A program made the translations under genes and the position numbers. A DNA stretch of 64,000 bases from Bacillota bacterium (lineage in GTDB: Bacteria; Bacillota; Ch66; Ch109), in assembly GCA_050952625.1 (NCBI GenBank), contig JBMNLH010000001.1:1280001-1344000 (forward strand), written 5' to 3'. Shown here piece by piece: positions 1 through 10,475 of this stretch (positions are counted from its first letter, which is position 1; every line of letters begins with the position of its first letter). The notes under the pieces are model-generated. The model had not been told where the DNA came from and did no database searches. It was given only the letters and a program-made list of their open reading frames with translations.

Positions 1-113
1 TACGAGAAAGCCATCCAGGAATATGGGCTTATCAATTCGGTAGTAGTCCGCCGATGTGCTCCAGAGCATTATCAGATACTAGCCGGCGAATGTGAGCGGA
101 TGGTCTTAAACTA
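1..113 (+). pseudogene. ParB N-terminal-like fragment (window edge, premature stop)
   Basis: Frame 1 reads YEKAIQEYGLINSVVVRR...YQILAGECER*, resembling the ParB GLIQPIVVR...YEIIAGERR motif, with the GERR box degenerate. Confidence 0.5.
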
Positions 114-400
114 GACGACCGTAAGGCCTTAGAACCGATGCTCAGGCAGTGCGCGGAGGTGCTTTGCCGGTTTGTTCAACTGGTCAAAAACGCTTTTACG
201 GAACCGATTGCTTTTTCCCCAGGAAAACTTCAATTAAGGGAGGGTAATCCTCATGGCCATTGGACTTGAACTCTACCGAAAAATCCGGCGCCTTGTTTGT
301 CATATTGTTTCATGCTGGATACCTCCGCTGGTTTTATTGTACCAGCCTTTTGGCGTGTCCATCATTTGGGTGAGATGAGTTGGCAAAATTATTATTAAAT

Positions 401-440
401 CTTGTCAACCTTTTTGTTTTGTTGTTTGTCTTAATTATAG
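401..440 (+). promoter_or_regulatory. ECF-sigma-type promoter copy 1 (AACC-N17-GTCT)
   Basis: tgtcAACC(407-410) N17 GTCT(428-431)taattatag; motif recurs six times in the island. Confidence 0.7.
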
Positions 441-456
441 GGATAAAAAATTAAAG

Positions 457-578
457 GTAGGATCTCGGAAACTCAGTTACTTAACCGGGTATAGTTGTAA
501 ATGGTAAGGGAGATGAACCAAATATATCGGGCCTTTAACAAGTTATCTTGACAGAGTTAGGGTTTTCCGAGAACTTAC
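457..578 (+). ncRNA. Conserved structured 5' leader element, copy A
   Basis: Terminal stem GTAGGATCTCGGAAA / TTTCCGAGAACTTAC; homologous to 7218-7330 with pairing-preserving changes. Confidence 0.5.
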
Positions 579-718
579 AAACAAAAATAGGGGGTGTTAA
601 TCAATGATTTAATCTATACTATTTTTCGATTAATTACAAGTTTAAACAGAGAGAACTTTAGCCGATTTTTAAGTTTGCAGGAATCGAGAAAAATTTTAAG
701 GGGAGGAATAATAACGTT

Positions 719-1528
719 ATGTATAGAAGGATAAGTTTGTTACTTATATTAACTTTTTTAGCAGTCATATTGACTTGCCCACTCTTATATGCTTATGATA
801 TTTCCCAGGAAGACAATCTCAGTTCATGGGACATAGCCATTCAAAACTCCTTAATACAGGATAATGTTAATCAGGCAGAATTAGCGGTAAATATTGAAAA
901 AGCAAAAGAACAAAAACAACAATCGAGAGATGCTTTTATAAAAAAAGTAATATCTCAAGCAAATGAAGCTGGAATTGTACCGAAATCTTTCATTGAGCCA
1001 TTAAGTGTTAAATCGACATATACTTGGACAAATTTAATCGGATTCGATAGTGATGACGGTGGCTCGGGTGTTGGTTGGAGTGGCAGTAATTGGAATACTA
1101 CTTGGAATGCAAACTTTAACGGTTCAAGGGCAGAAATAGCTGGTTCTTATTGGGCTGAAGGCAGAGGATGGGTATATTATACCCCAGCAACATCTGGTAA
1201 TTACGATGTGTTTGCTAGTTATTATCTAACTGGAAGAATTATTGGCGGTAACTTTACAACTAAACTTTTGCTTATTGATACTAATACCGGATCAGAATAT
1301 GAACAAACTTTGTATAACACCTCGACTAGTCAATATTTTGACAATGTTTATAAATCTCATACAAAGAATTTTTATTTGACTGCTGGACATACATACGCAA
1401 TAACTTTTGTTACAGAAACAAGTGCATCAGCAACCGTTTCCGCAACTATGAGTGATTTTTACTCACAGGAATTTGACGGTACTCAACGTGAAATTGGATG
1501 GTATTCATTCTCTGTAACACCAAGATAA
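719..1528 (+). CDS. Secreted hypothetical protein (Trp/Tyr/Thr/Ser-rich C-terminal domain)
   Basis: SD ggggagga; N-terminal signal peptide (…LLYA/YD); 269 aa. Confidence 0.85.
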   Translation: MYRRISLLLILTFLAVILTCPLLYAYDISQEDNLSSWDIAIQNSLIQDNVNQAELAVNIEKAKEQKQQSRDAFIKKVISQANEAGIVPKSFIEPLSVKSTYTWTNLIGFDSDDGGSGVGWSGSNWNTTWNANFNGSRAEIAGSYWAEGRGWVYYTPATSGNYDVFASYYLTGRIIGGNFTTKLLLIDTNTGSEYEQTLYNTSTSQYFDNVYKSHTKNFYLTAGHTYAITFVTETSASATVSATMSDFYSQEFDGTQREIGWYSFSVTPR

Positions 1529-1561
1529 AAAGGTCGAAATACTCTTTTTAAGGGATGAAAA

Positions 1562-1843
1562 ATGGTGCAAAATAGTGATTCGTTAGCAATAGTTATAGCG
1601 CTACTCTTTATAGTTGGTATTTGTTACTATTTTTATATTGCTAATACCGTTAATAGTCAAAAAAAACGCATAATTGACTTACTTGTAATAGGTGCTATCA
1701 TCTGGTTAAGTCCTGTAATTGAAGAATGGATGAAAATTGATTCTTTGAAAATTGTTGGATTTTTAATTTTTGCATATGGATGGGGAATTCTGATTGGAGA
1801 AAAGTTCCTAGAGGGGCTTAACGAGGAAAAGCATGAAAAATAA
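1562..1843 (+). CDS. Small 3-TM membrane protein
   Basis: 93 aa with three hydrophobic segments, directly downstream of the secreted protein. Confidence 0.75.
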   Translation: MVQNSDSLAIVIALLFIVGICYYFYIANTVNSQKKRIIDLLVIGAIIWLSPVIEEWMKIDSLKIVGFLIFAYGWGILIGEKFLEGLNEEKHEK

Positions 1844-1910
1844 GAAAGGTTAAACAATTAATTTTTAGAAAATATTCAATTTAAAAACCGTGCACATGGA
1901 GGACAAAAAG

Positions 1911-2460
1911 ATGTACCGAAGACCCAAACCACAGTTAACTATCGATGATTTCATCTCCCCTTTTTCTGGTAAGTTTGATCCCGAAAATCGCTAGGTCAAA
2001 TTGGCCCAACTTATTACTTGGGATGAAATCGAAGAAGAATACGCATTTATGTTTCTGAGTGATCGAGGTAATGTAGCCAAACCGGTTCGCATGGCCCTAG
2101 GCACATTGATTATACAAGCACGGTGCGGTTTCGCTGACCGTCAAATCGTACAGCAGATTACCGAAAACCCCTATCTCCAATACTTCATCGGCCTTAAAGA
2201 GTATCAGTTGACGAAACCCTTTACCCCGGTCGCGATGGTCAAGTTTCGTAAACGCTTTAATGCCAAACGGTTGGTTAAGATTAATGAACGTATCGTTTCA
2301 GCCGAAACAGCCCAAAAGGCCACATAAAACGAAAAAGAGAACCACAACGATAACAATCATCACGACGATCATCAAAACGGGTCCGGTTGTGTGGACTCGG
2401 TCAAGCCGGTTGAAACCAATGCTGAAAAAGAAGATACCATTGGCTCAAAGACAGCCCGAT
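1911..2460 (+). pseudogene. IS5-family transposase N-terminal fragment
   Basis: MYRRPKPQLTIDDF…ENR*VKLA…WDEIEEEY…ITENPYLQYFIG…FRKRF; in-frame stops and truncation. Confidence 0.8.
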
Positions 2461-2542
2461 TTTAGTTGGTTGGAAAAATCAGGGGTTTGGCTAGCAAGCC
2501 CAAATTTAGGAGATTCAAAAGGTCATAACATACTTATTTAAT

Positions 2543-2582
2543 CTTGTCAACCTTTTTGTTTGTTAATTGTCTTAATTATAGG
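2543..2582 (+). promoter_or_regulatory. ECF-type promoter copy 2 (AACC-N16-GTCT)
   Basis: Near-identical to 401-450, including the downstream agggataaaaaa. Confidence 0.7.
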
Positions 2583-2928
2583 GATAAAAAATAAATTTAG
2601 TAAAAAGGGGGTGCTAAACTTAATATACCTTAATATTTTGGAATTTGAGCTTGCCCCGTTAAAATAGACACACCAAATGGCGGTGAGCTTAATCCTTAAT
2701 TTAAAGTTTTTGGCCGCCCTTGACATGGAGTCGCTAGACTCATGTTTCCGTAAGGCAGGGCGAGACCGGCTACGCATTGTCTCGCCCTGATAGGCTAACA
2801 AGACCACCCGTGTAAAGGGCTGCGCAAGAGGCCAAAAATAGTTTGCTCAATCAAACTGGGTAAGATTAGTACTATATAACTAACTTAACTAAAAGAGGGA
2901 GAAATCGAAATAGAATTGAGGAGGATTT

Positions 2929-3425
2929 ATGAATTCACATAATTCTCAATTTGTACCATCCACGGATAACCAGTATATACTAGAAAAGGCTGAATTCAGT
3001 GATCGTTTTTTTGCGATAATAGTGGATTTTATCATTGTAGCGATAATTATAAAAGGATTTCAGGTATTTATAACTTATTTTTTACCGAATCTTTATCGAC
3101 ATACTTATCTAGTCCTTTTTATTATGCTACTCATAGTCCTGACTTACTTTGCGGTTTATGCTTATAAAAACAATGGGCAAACAATCGGTAAAAAGTGGAA
3201 CAAACTAAAAATAGTAGGGGTATCAGGTCAGCCTCTTTCCTTAGGGCCACTTATTAATAAGAGAACTAATTGCCAGGGGACCAGCCGTCTTTACGTTAGT
3301 TTCGCTTCTTGGCTTTTATCCAAATCCGTGGTATCTAACTTATCTACTAGCATTAACTAAAGAAAAAAAGGCACTTCATGATATCATTGCTAAAACTCAG
3401 GTGGTTAGATTAAAAGACGGATAGG
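2929..3425 (+). pseudogene. RDD family membrane protein (frameshifted)
   Basis: RFFAIIVD…GQTIGKK…LKIV; the C-terminal ALHDIIAKTQVV motif lies in another frame near 3370-3410. Confidence 0.75.
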
Positions 3426-3531
3426 GTCTCTGAGAAGTTCTGAGGCTAAAGAATCATTAGTCGCGATCCGGATCTACCAAAAGGTCCTGTCGGGCAAATG
3501 ATTAAAGCCAAGATACATCGAAAAGAAATAA

Positions 3532-3996
3532 TTATTCAGAACAGACTTTAATCAGGTAAAGTGGACCTTCTGAAGTGGTTTGTACTTCCTCAAGTTGAAA
3601 TCCCTCGGGAATAAAAGCTGGTATAAGAATTTGATACGGTACGTTAGGTTGTACTGAATTAATTTCGGTTACGAGACGGTCAAGAGGTTGTTGGCTTGAG
3701 GGGTTTTCGGAGAATAAGAGTTGGATGCTCTGACCCCAGTTTATTATGGTCCGGGATAATTTTTCTCTGAAGGCATAGACTGATTCAGGAAAGAACACTG
3801 TCCAGGTAGTAGTCAACAAAGCGATTAAAATAACCGCGATTTGGAGGAAACGCATTCGCTTTCTTCTTCTTAATTCGCGATTTTGAGTCACCCTTTCATG
3901 AATTTCCCGTTTTATCGCATTAAGTGACTCATCCAACTCCATTTCACTTGACTTAAGAACCTGGCTTAAGAATTGGTCAAAATTGTCTTTGGTCAA
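3532..3996 (-). pseudogene. DUF4367-type anti-sigma factor, C-terminally truncated
   Basis: Overlaps the ECF stop codon; cytoplasmic N-terminus, RRRKR-TM, then IPAFIPEGFQL motif; ends abruptly. Confidence 0.7.
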
Positions 3997-4562
3997 GATT
4001 CATCACCTTCTTTAACTAATTGACTTTGTAGGTGGTCAAAAAGTTTAACCTTGGCTCTAGAAAGCAATTTTTTTACTGTTCCAGTAGATACACCCATCGC
4101 GTACGCTATATTTTTTTCCGTCATATCTAAATGATATCGGAGAATAACAGCCTCACGTTCCTTGATTGTCAGCTTCATTAAGGCCTTTTTTACAATTTCC
4201 TGTGTTTCCTTGCGTTCAACGAATTCTTGAGGGAAATCAAAATCTGAAGGCAATTGATTAAGGGTATTAACGTTTGAGGATACGAATATCCGTTTATTTC
4301 GTTTTAAATTGTTTTTGGCTATATTAAATGCGATAGACATTAGCCACGCCCCAAAACGATCCGGATTTTTTAATTGAGTTATTTTTTCTATAGCTTGGGC
4401 AAACGCTTCTTGAGTGACATCCTTGGCTAAATATTGATCCTTAGTATAGAAAAATATCGCGTTCATTATTTTATTATAATATTTTTCAATGACTAAATCC
4501 CAAAGAGAATAACCGTTTTCTGGAAGTCGAGGCATTTTGGCTCCCCCTAAGTTTTGTTGCAT
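3993..4562 (-). CDS. ECF RNA polymerase sigma factor
   Basis: Region 2 (AKDVTQEAF…FGAWLMSIAFN) and region 4 (LTIKEREAVILRY…IAYAMGVSTGTVKKLLSRAK). Confidence 0.95.
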   Translation of the reverse strand: MQQNLGGAKMPRLPENGYSLWDLVIEKYYNKIMNAIFFYTKDQYLAKDVTQEAFAQAIEKITQLKNPDRFGAWLMSIAFNIAKNNLKRNKRIFVSSNVNTLNQLPSDFDFPQEFVERKETQEIVKKALMKLTIKEREAVILRYHLDMTEKNIAYAMGVSTGTVKKLLSRAKVKLFDHLQSQLVKEGDES

Positions 4563-4770
4563 TATTATACCATTTAATGCCGAAATATTAAATTACAAGG
4601 GCTAAATATTTTGATAAGATTAAATAAGGTTGTTTAATAGTCAAATTGTTTCATAAAATTTAATTAAGGTGTTTAAGTTTGAAACCAGAACCTAACGGAA
4701 GTGGATAATGGACACAAAAAGGAACCGTAACGAAGTTACAGTACATTGAAAAAAGGCAAATGGAATAGGA

Positions 4771-6024
4771 CTAAGAAGCGATAACACCGTCGGAATCTAC
4801 GACCAGAAAACCGTGACGCTGAATGAAAGCGACTGCTTGCTCCACAGTAAAAGCACGGTTAGCAGGAATGGACACCACGTTTCTATAGAGATTGGGGTTG
4901 TAGGCTTCGGATTTTTTGAGGATGGCGTAGATCGCGGTCAACAACATCCTGCAAATGGCAATGATGGCTTTCTTGTGCCCACGACGCTTTTTGAGCGCAA
5001 GATAACGGCTTTTGATTTCAGGGTGCTTGTCTGAATTGCAGACGGTAAGAGCGCACTGAACCAAAAGTGGCTTGATGTAAGCTCCGGCACGGTTGATACG
5101 GGTAGACTTTTTCTTACCGGCACTCTCGTTGTTTTGCGGTGTAAGTCCCGCCCAAGAGCAAAGGTGCTTGGCCGTAGGGAACACGGACATATCCACGCCG
5201 ATTTCCGAAATAATAGCGATGGAGGAAAACAGTTGGATACCCGGTACGGTCATAACCAGCTCAAATTGAGAACGAAACTGCTCGGCAAGCGAGAGAATGG
5301 CAGATTCAAGACTAGCCTTGCAGAACTTCAGACTATCCATGTGGGAACGGATAATCTTTAACTTTTCAACCTGCTCGGGGCACATCAAGCCGTCAATAGC
5401 AGCTTGGATTTTGTCCGGTGATGCTTTGCAGCGACGATCAATAAACGGAGTAGCGTCAAAGTCCCCGTCGGGATGCGCAAGCAACTGTTCAGTAATAGCG
5501 GAAGCACTTTTACCAAAAACATCAGAGAAAACATCGTCCAATTTGATATTGGAAACGGTAAGGCAATTTTGAGCGCGGTTCTTCTCTCCGACAGAGAAGT
5601 TGGTCAACTTGACACGGTAGCGCATGAGGTCGCGGAGTTGCCGGATGGCAAAGGGCGGGATAAAGCTGCCTGAGACCAAATCGTGCTTGAAGATGTCGGC
5701 GATCCATTTGGCGTCCTTGGTGTCGGTTTTCTTGCCACGGATGGCTTTGACGTATTTAGGATGAGCGAGAACCACTTTACAGGTGGATTCGAGCATGTTG
5801 TAGACGGGGATCCAGTATTTCCCCGTAGACTCCATACAAACATCCCGGCAACCATGCTCCGCAAGCCATTGACCCAGCCGGCGGAGGTCACCTGTAAAAG
5901 TGGAAAATCTGCGCCGTTGGTAAGTCGTAACACCCTGGTCGTCGGTTGCCGCGATACAAGCTACGACGAAGGACTTGTGGACGTCGATTCCACAGCAGAC
6001 TGGATAAACGATTTTGAGTGCCAT
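4771..6024 (-). CDS. IS110 family transposase/recombinase
   Basis: GIDVHK, MESTGKYW, KTDTKDA, WAGLTPQNNESAG motifs. Confidence 0.95.
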   Translation of the reverse strand: MALKIVYPVCCGIDVHKSFVVACIAATDDQGVTTYQRRRFSTFTGDLRRLGQWLAEHGCRDVCMESTGKYWIPVYNMLESTCKVVLAHPKYVKAIRGKKTDTKDAKWIADIFKHDLVSGSFIPPFAIRQLRDLMRYRVKLTNFSVGEKNRAQNCLTVSNIKLDDVFSDVFGKSASAITEQLLAHPDGDFDATPFIDRRCKASPDKIQAAIDGLMCPEQVEKLKIIRSHMDSLKFCKASLESAILSLAEQFRSQFELVMTVPGIQLFSSIAIISEIGVDMSVFPTAKHLCSWAGLTPQNNESAGKKKSTRINRAGAYIKPLLVQCALTVCNSDKHPEIKSRYLALKKRRGHKKAIIAICRMLLTAIYAILKKSEAYNPNLYRNVVSIPANRAFTVEQAVAFIQRHGFLVVDSDGVIAS

Positions 6025-6034
6025 ATTCGACCTC

Positions 6035-6300
6035 CTCGTAAAAGAATGCGAGGATACCGACAGTGACTGACCGCTCGCATAAAAAACGAGTAGCGTCTTT
6101 ACAAAGATAAGTTTACGGGTTCAATGTCCCACTTATTTGTGCTTCAATGAGCGGTCGACACACATAAATATTCGGTCAGCGAAACGCTGGGCCCACTCAC
6201 CTCCGCGTGATCTGTAGTGTGACGGCATCCTCGCTGATATTGTATAACAAACTTTACGTGAAGGCCGACGTTTCATTACGTTTTGTGCCTTTCGTAGAAA
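6035..6300 (-). ncRNA. Putative bridge RNA of IS110 #1
   Basis: Hairpin-rich non-coding end; CATAAATAT at 6163-6171 equals the core plus flank at 6309-6317. Confidence 0.55.
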
Positions 6301-6530
6301 GGAATGGTCATAAATATGAACGATTCCATAAAAGGTAGTTATCGAAGTGTTTGGGAAACTGGTCAAGCTACTGATTTCACTCAATTCTTATTCTCCGCTT
6401 GGCCCTCGGTTCTAAGATTTAAGTTTCTGTAGCCTAAACGACTAACTGGCTCATCTGGATGTCGGCGTAAATGGGGAAATGTTAGCCTAGATGGAGAAAT
6501 GAAATTGACAATTAGTTGACATACACGTAA

Positions 6531-6565
6531 CAAGACGGGAGGAGTTTAAAACTCCTCCCGTCTTG
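6531..6565. terminator. Rho-independent terminator hairpin
   Basis: caagacgggaggagttt aaaactcctcccgtcttg inverted repeat downstream of 6593..7084. Confidence 0.7.
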
Positions 6566-6592
6566 TAGAAAACATTGCTTTTTTGTTGCTCG

Positions 6593-7084
6593 TTATTGGA
6601 TAAATACCGCTTGAGAAATCGTGGTCTGGTAATCTAAGAGTGATCCGTCACGAGCACTGTGAGTCGAACAACTTCTGTAATAGTATCCACCGGTAACTGA
6701 AATGTTTGAAAACCCAGAAGCCTCAATACTATTATAGGCCGAATAAGTGCGAGAAGTAACGTTAACCCAAGATGATCCATTCCATTGTTGTAGGTATACA
6801 GTTGCATCACAGTAATCGACCATACCGTAACCCGCTGTTCCTGTTAACCCTGAAATATTTACCTTTCTGTTACCTACATCTCGAATACCGCACCCCCAAT
6901 CCGAGATTAGGGTTATTCCGTCGGTTGTTACCTCTCTAGTGTGAATGACTATGCTTTTGTTTTGGTCGGTAGATATTTCTGTATCAGGCGGTGGTAGGGG
7001 AGCGGCACTCACTACCCCCGATATACAAAAAAGAAACACCAACAAGGACATAAACAACAAAGACACCCTACACCTTTTTTTCAT
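6593..7084 (-). CDS. Secreted protein, DUF6147-like (paralog of 14636..15130)
   Basis: Signal peptide; VYLQQWNGSSW and GYYYR motifs. Confidence 0.8.
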   Translation of the reverse strand: MKKRCRVSLLFMSLLVFLFCISGVVSAAPLPPPDTEISTDQNKSIVIHTREVTTDGITLISDWGCGIRDVGNRKVNISGLTGTAGYGMVDYCDATVYLQQWNGSSWVNVTSRTYSAYNSIEASGFSNISVTGGYYYRSCSTHSARDGSLLDYQTTISQAVFIQ

Positions 7085-7107
7085 AGAACACCATCCCTTC
7101 TATCAAT

Positions 7108-7146
7108 TCTATATATAAGACAATTTAGAGGACAGAAAGGTTGACA
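7108..7146 (-). promoter_or_regulatory. ECF-type promoter copy 3
   Basis: Minus strand tgtcAACC-N17-GTCTtatatatag, ~35 nt upstream of the 7084 start. Confidence 0.7.
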
Positions 7147-7162
7147 AAAATTATTATAAAAT

Positions 7163-7202
7163 CTTGTCAACCTTTTAGGGTTGTTAATTATCTAACTTGT
7201 AG
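7163..7202 (+). promoter_or_regulatory. ECF-type promoter copy 4 (divergent)
   Basis: cttgtcAACC-N17-ATCT…agggataaaaaa. Confidence 0.6.
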
Positions 7203-7217
7203 GGATAAAAAATCAAA

Positions 7218-7330
7218 GTAAGATCTGGAAACTTAGTACTTAACAGGATGTAGTAGCTAAAGGATTACTGGGAAAGAACTGTTAATATCTAGCCTAAACT
7301 GTTAGCAAAAAGGAGTTCCAGAGAACTTAC
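7218..7330 (+). ncRNA. Conserved structured 5' leader element, copy B
   Basis: GTAAGATCTGGAA / TTCCAGAGAACTTAC terminal stem; homolog of 457-578. Confidence 0.5.
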
Positions 7331-7551
7331 TTAGTACAAAGGGGGTGCTGAAGTAATTTTACTTTGAACATTAATGCAAAAAACGGAAAACTAGATAAGA
7401 TCAAATGGAGTGAAGTTTTAGATTCATTGAAAGAAGGATTAGACCCGATTTTTTAGGCCCAAAACGATTGTCATTTATAGGTGATTATTTTTCTTTCAAA
7501 CTGTTATCCCCCTATAATTAACAGGCGTTAATTCCCAGAAAGGAGAAATAT

Positions 7552-7985
7552 ATGTTTAAAAAACTTTAGGGTTACTTTTATAACATTTACTATCGGGCTC
7601 CTTCTTTCATTTGCGACTATTGTGATGGCAGCAGAAAGTACAACAAAGTACTTCGGCCCAGTTTTGGGATATAATTACAATAACTAGTCATTTGTTTATA
7701 GTACTGATAATGGAGCTCTGGGCCCATAGTTGGACAAATTGTGGAGATGGTAATGTACCAACAGGATATATGGGGATAAGTTCTTACCTGTACAATACAG
7801 ATGGGTGGTGTGTAGCGTACTCTACTTGGACATACAACCCCCATTCTTGTTCTGGAATATCGGAATATTCGGGTTATTGCGATGTTGCGGGCACATATTA
7901 TTATTGCAGAGGCCAAAGTGCAGTGTATAACGGTAACGGATATGATTATGTGTATACGAATTATACTCCAAATGTATACTATTAA
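7552..7985 (+). pseudogene. Secreted Cys/Tyr-rich protein (two frameshifts and an in-frame TAG)
   Basis: SD gaaaggag, ATG 7552; reconstructed signal peptide MFKKNFRVTFITFTIGLLLSFATIVMA; C-terminus NVPTGYMG…YYYCRGQSAVYNGNGY. Confidence 0.7.
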
Positions 7986-8101
7986 TTAGCTGTGAAAATG
8001 AGTGTTTTGTAAGCGCTCAATATTCAGGTGCATGGTCAACATGCCCTAGCCGTGAGAAAATATCTCCATGAAACTAAGAAAATAAGACATGGGGGTATTA
8101 G

Positions 8102-8398
8102 ATGGACATAAACGAACAACGGTCATTGGTAGCAGAATGCCGGGCCAGTGGGATGACAGCAAAAGCTTGGTGCGAAGCCAAAGACATTAATTACCGGCGA
8201 TATCTAACTTGGGCAACCAAAGTTAATCGAGAAAAACAACATGGATCACAGCAATGGGCAGAGGTGATGATTAAAAAAGAGAAATACATTCCAGGCGAAA
8301 TTAGGCTTAACTGTGGCAAATGGACAATTTGTGTAGAGAGTGGGTTCAGTCCTGCACTCCTTGCAGATGTCCTTCGGGTTGTTGATGATTTATGCTGA
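8102..8398 (+). CDS. tnpA: IS66 accessory protein TnpA
   Basis: CRASGMTAKAWC…W HTH-like first ORF. Confidence 0.85.
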   Translation: MDINEQRSLVAECRASGMTAKAWCEAKDINYRRYLTWATKVNREKQHGSQQWAEVMIKKEKYIPGEIRLNCGKWTICVESGFSPALLADVLRVVDDLC

Positions 8399-8754
8399 AA
8401 GACATCACAAGTTACGATGGAATCTATTTAGCGTGCGGAGTTACAGACCTTAGGCGTTCAGTAGACGGTTTAGCCACCATTGTGAAACAGCAATTCAATA
8501 TGGACCCGTTTGGGAACTATCTTTTCCTGTTTTGTAACCGAAACCGCAATCGGCTGAAGGCCCTAAGCTGGGATCGCAACGGTTTTGCCATGTACTACAA
8601 GAGGCTGGACGGCGCAGGAGCCCGGTTTATATGGCCCAAAGAGCCGGCCAATGTAAGAAACGTAACGGTCAGGCAGCTTCGCCTGCTTATGGAAGGTCTG
8701 TCCATAGACCCACCAAAAGGATTTGGTGAAGTCAGAGCTAGGGATTTCTGCTAA
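8392..8754 (+). CDS. tnpB: IS66 accessory protein TnpB
   Basis: TDLRRSVDGL…LFLFCNR…LSWDRNGF…KRL. Confidence 0.93.
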   Translation: MLKDITSYDGIYLACGVTDLRRSVDGLATIVKQQFNMDPFGNYLFLFCNRNRNRLKALSWDRNGFAMYYKRLDGAGARFIWPKEPANVRNVTVRQLRLLMEGLSIDPPKGFGEVRARDFC

Positions 8755-8876
8755 GGCAAAAATACCCTCTTGAGATCCAGAAATCCTCCGTTTTCGGTGC
8801 CTAAATTTCATGCATAAAATGCCTGAAACCCTTGATATTGCTGGATATTCGGTTATTTTTATGGTATAATTAAAGC

Positions 8877-10475
8877 ATGGAAAAAGTCGATTTGACGGGC
8901 CTTTCGCCCGAAGTAACTGCATATATCTCAAGCCTCGAAACGCAGCTTAAAGAACAGACCAAAACAGTAGAATCACAGAAAGTTCGTATTGACCGGCTCA
9001 TGGAGCTGCTGGCCAATTTACAAAAGGCCATGTATGGCCAATCCAGCGAAAAAAGAAAGTACGTACTTGGCGAGGAAGATAATCAGCTTTCCTTGTTCAA
9101 CGAAGCGGAGGCCGAGTCAAACCACAAAGCCCCGGAGCCTGACAAAGTCTCGGTTGCCGGGCATACCAGGAAAGCCAAACGTACCAAGGAAGAATTAGCC
9201 GCGAACGCTCCCGTAGTGGAAATCATCTGCGATCTAGATGAAGAAAAGCAAGTCTGTGAAGAATGCGGCGGCAAAATGCGGGTTCTGGGCAAAGAACCGG
9301 TCCGGGAAGAATTAGAATTCATCCCGGCCCAGGCAAGGCTCCTTCGGTATATCCGATACAGCTATGTTTGCGAAATCTGCGAGAAGGAAACGGGAGAAGC
9401 TACGATAATTAAAGCACCCACTCCCGCACCGGTTATAAAGCGGAGTCTTGCTTCAGCGTCTAGTGTGGCCCATGTTATATACCAAAAGTATGTCAACGGT
9501 ATGCCGCTGTACCGGCAAGAAAAAGACTGGGCCAATCAGGGAATAATCCTTTCCAGAGCGACCTTGGCTAACTGGATCATCCGCTCAGCAATCGACTGGC
9601 TGCTACCGCTATGGGAAACCATGAAATTCCATCTCCTGAAGCAGGCTGTGATTCATGCGGATGAGAGCGTTATCCAGGTATTGAAGGAAGAGGGAAAGAA
9701 GCCATCCTCCGAGTCGCGGATGTGGGTATATTGTTCAGGTAATACCGGGGAGGCACCAGTGGTGCTGTTTGAATACCAACCCACACGATCAGGCGAGCAT
9801 GCACGGCGATTCCTGGAAGGTTTTCATGGATTTCTTCAAACCGACGGCTATAGTGGCTACAATAAAGTCCCAGAGGTAACCCGATGTGGATGCTGGAGCC
9901 ACCTGCGTCGGAAATATCAAGAGGCCATGCCCAAAAGTGGCAGTCTTAAAGACTCCGCTGCCACAGTAGGATTTGAATACTGTAATAAGCTGTTTGCCAT
10001 TGAGAAAGATTTGGAACAACTCTCTCCAGAGAAACGAAAAATACAGCGTCAGGAACAATCTAAACCAGTTCTTGAGGCTTATTGGTCATGGCTTGAAACT
10101 GTAAACCCTCTCCAAGGCTCCAAACTTGGCGAAGCCATAACCTATTCAGTTAATCAAAAAGCTTCATTGTGTACGTTTTTAGAAGACGGTCGCATTGAAT
10201 TGTCTAATAATCGAGCGGAGAATGCGATCCGACCCTTTGTTCTAGGAAGAAAAGGCTGGTTATTCGCGGATACGAAAAAGGGAGCCCAAGCGAGCGCAAT
10301 CGCCTACAGCATTGTAGAAACGGCCAAGGCAAACGGACTTAATGTATACATGTACCTGGTACATATTTTTAGTAAAATGCCGGCACTTGACTTTAAGACT
10401 GACCCATCACTCCTTGAGGACTTGATGCCCTGGTCACCCAAGCTGCCGAATTACTGCCGCAACACAAGACATTAA
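8877..10475 (+). CDS. tnpC: IS66 transposase TnpC
   Basis: Leucine zipper, CxxC zinc finger, HADES, QTDGY, CWSHLRRK, NNRAENAIR. Confidence 0.95.
   Translation: MEKVDLTGLSPEVTAYISSLETQLKEQTKTVESQKVRIDRLMELLANLQKAMYGQSSEKRKYVLGEEDNQLSLFNEAEAESNHKAPEPDKVSVAGHTRKAKRTKEELAANAPVVEIICDLDEEKQVCEECGGKMRVLGKEPVREELEFIPAQARLLRYIRYSYVCEICEKETGEATIIKAPTPAPVIKRSLASASSVAHVIYQKYVNGMPLYRQEKDWANQGIILSRATLANWIIRSAIDWLLPLWETMKFHLLKQAVIHADESVIQVLKEEGKKPSSESRMWVYCSGNTGEAPVVLFEYQPTRSGEHARRFLEGFHGFLQTDGYSGYNKVPEVTRCGCWSHLRRKYQEAMPKSGSLKDSAATVGFEYCNKLFAIEKDLEQLSPEKRKIQRQEQSKPVLEAYWSWLETVNPLQGSKLGEAITYSVNQKASLCTFLEDGRIELSNNRAENAIRPFVLGRKGWLFADTKKGAQASAIAYSIVETAKANGLNVYMYLVHIFSKMPALDFKTDPSLLEDLMPWSPKLPNYCRNTRH

Larger units (their letters stand above)
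4744..6311 (-). mobile_element. IS110-family element #1
   Basis: DEDD transposase plus ~285-nt upstream non-coding end; CAT at both 4744-4746 and 6309-6311 is the candidate core. Confidence 0.75.

Noticed and set aside
240-390. IS21-like stub (MAIGLELYRKIRRL)
   Set aside because: Too short and degraded to delimit
457-578. Leader as a c-di-GMP-II riboswitch
   Set aside because: Only scattered words (GGAAAC, GAGTTAG) match; the AGTGCAACC/pseudoknot elements are missing and copy B does not fit
2640-2830. ORF 2547..2807 (-)
   Set aside because: Overlaps an ECF promoter and what looks like an IS3-like end relic; no coding evidence
3423-3547. Possible IS5-derived MITE truncating the anti-sigma
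   Set aside because: Terminal inverted repeats are weak and no TSD is evident
4813-6384. Short antisense/overlapping ORFs in IS110 #1 and other transposases
   Set aside because: Shadow ORFs with no RBS or motifs
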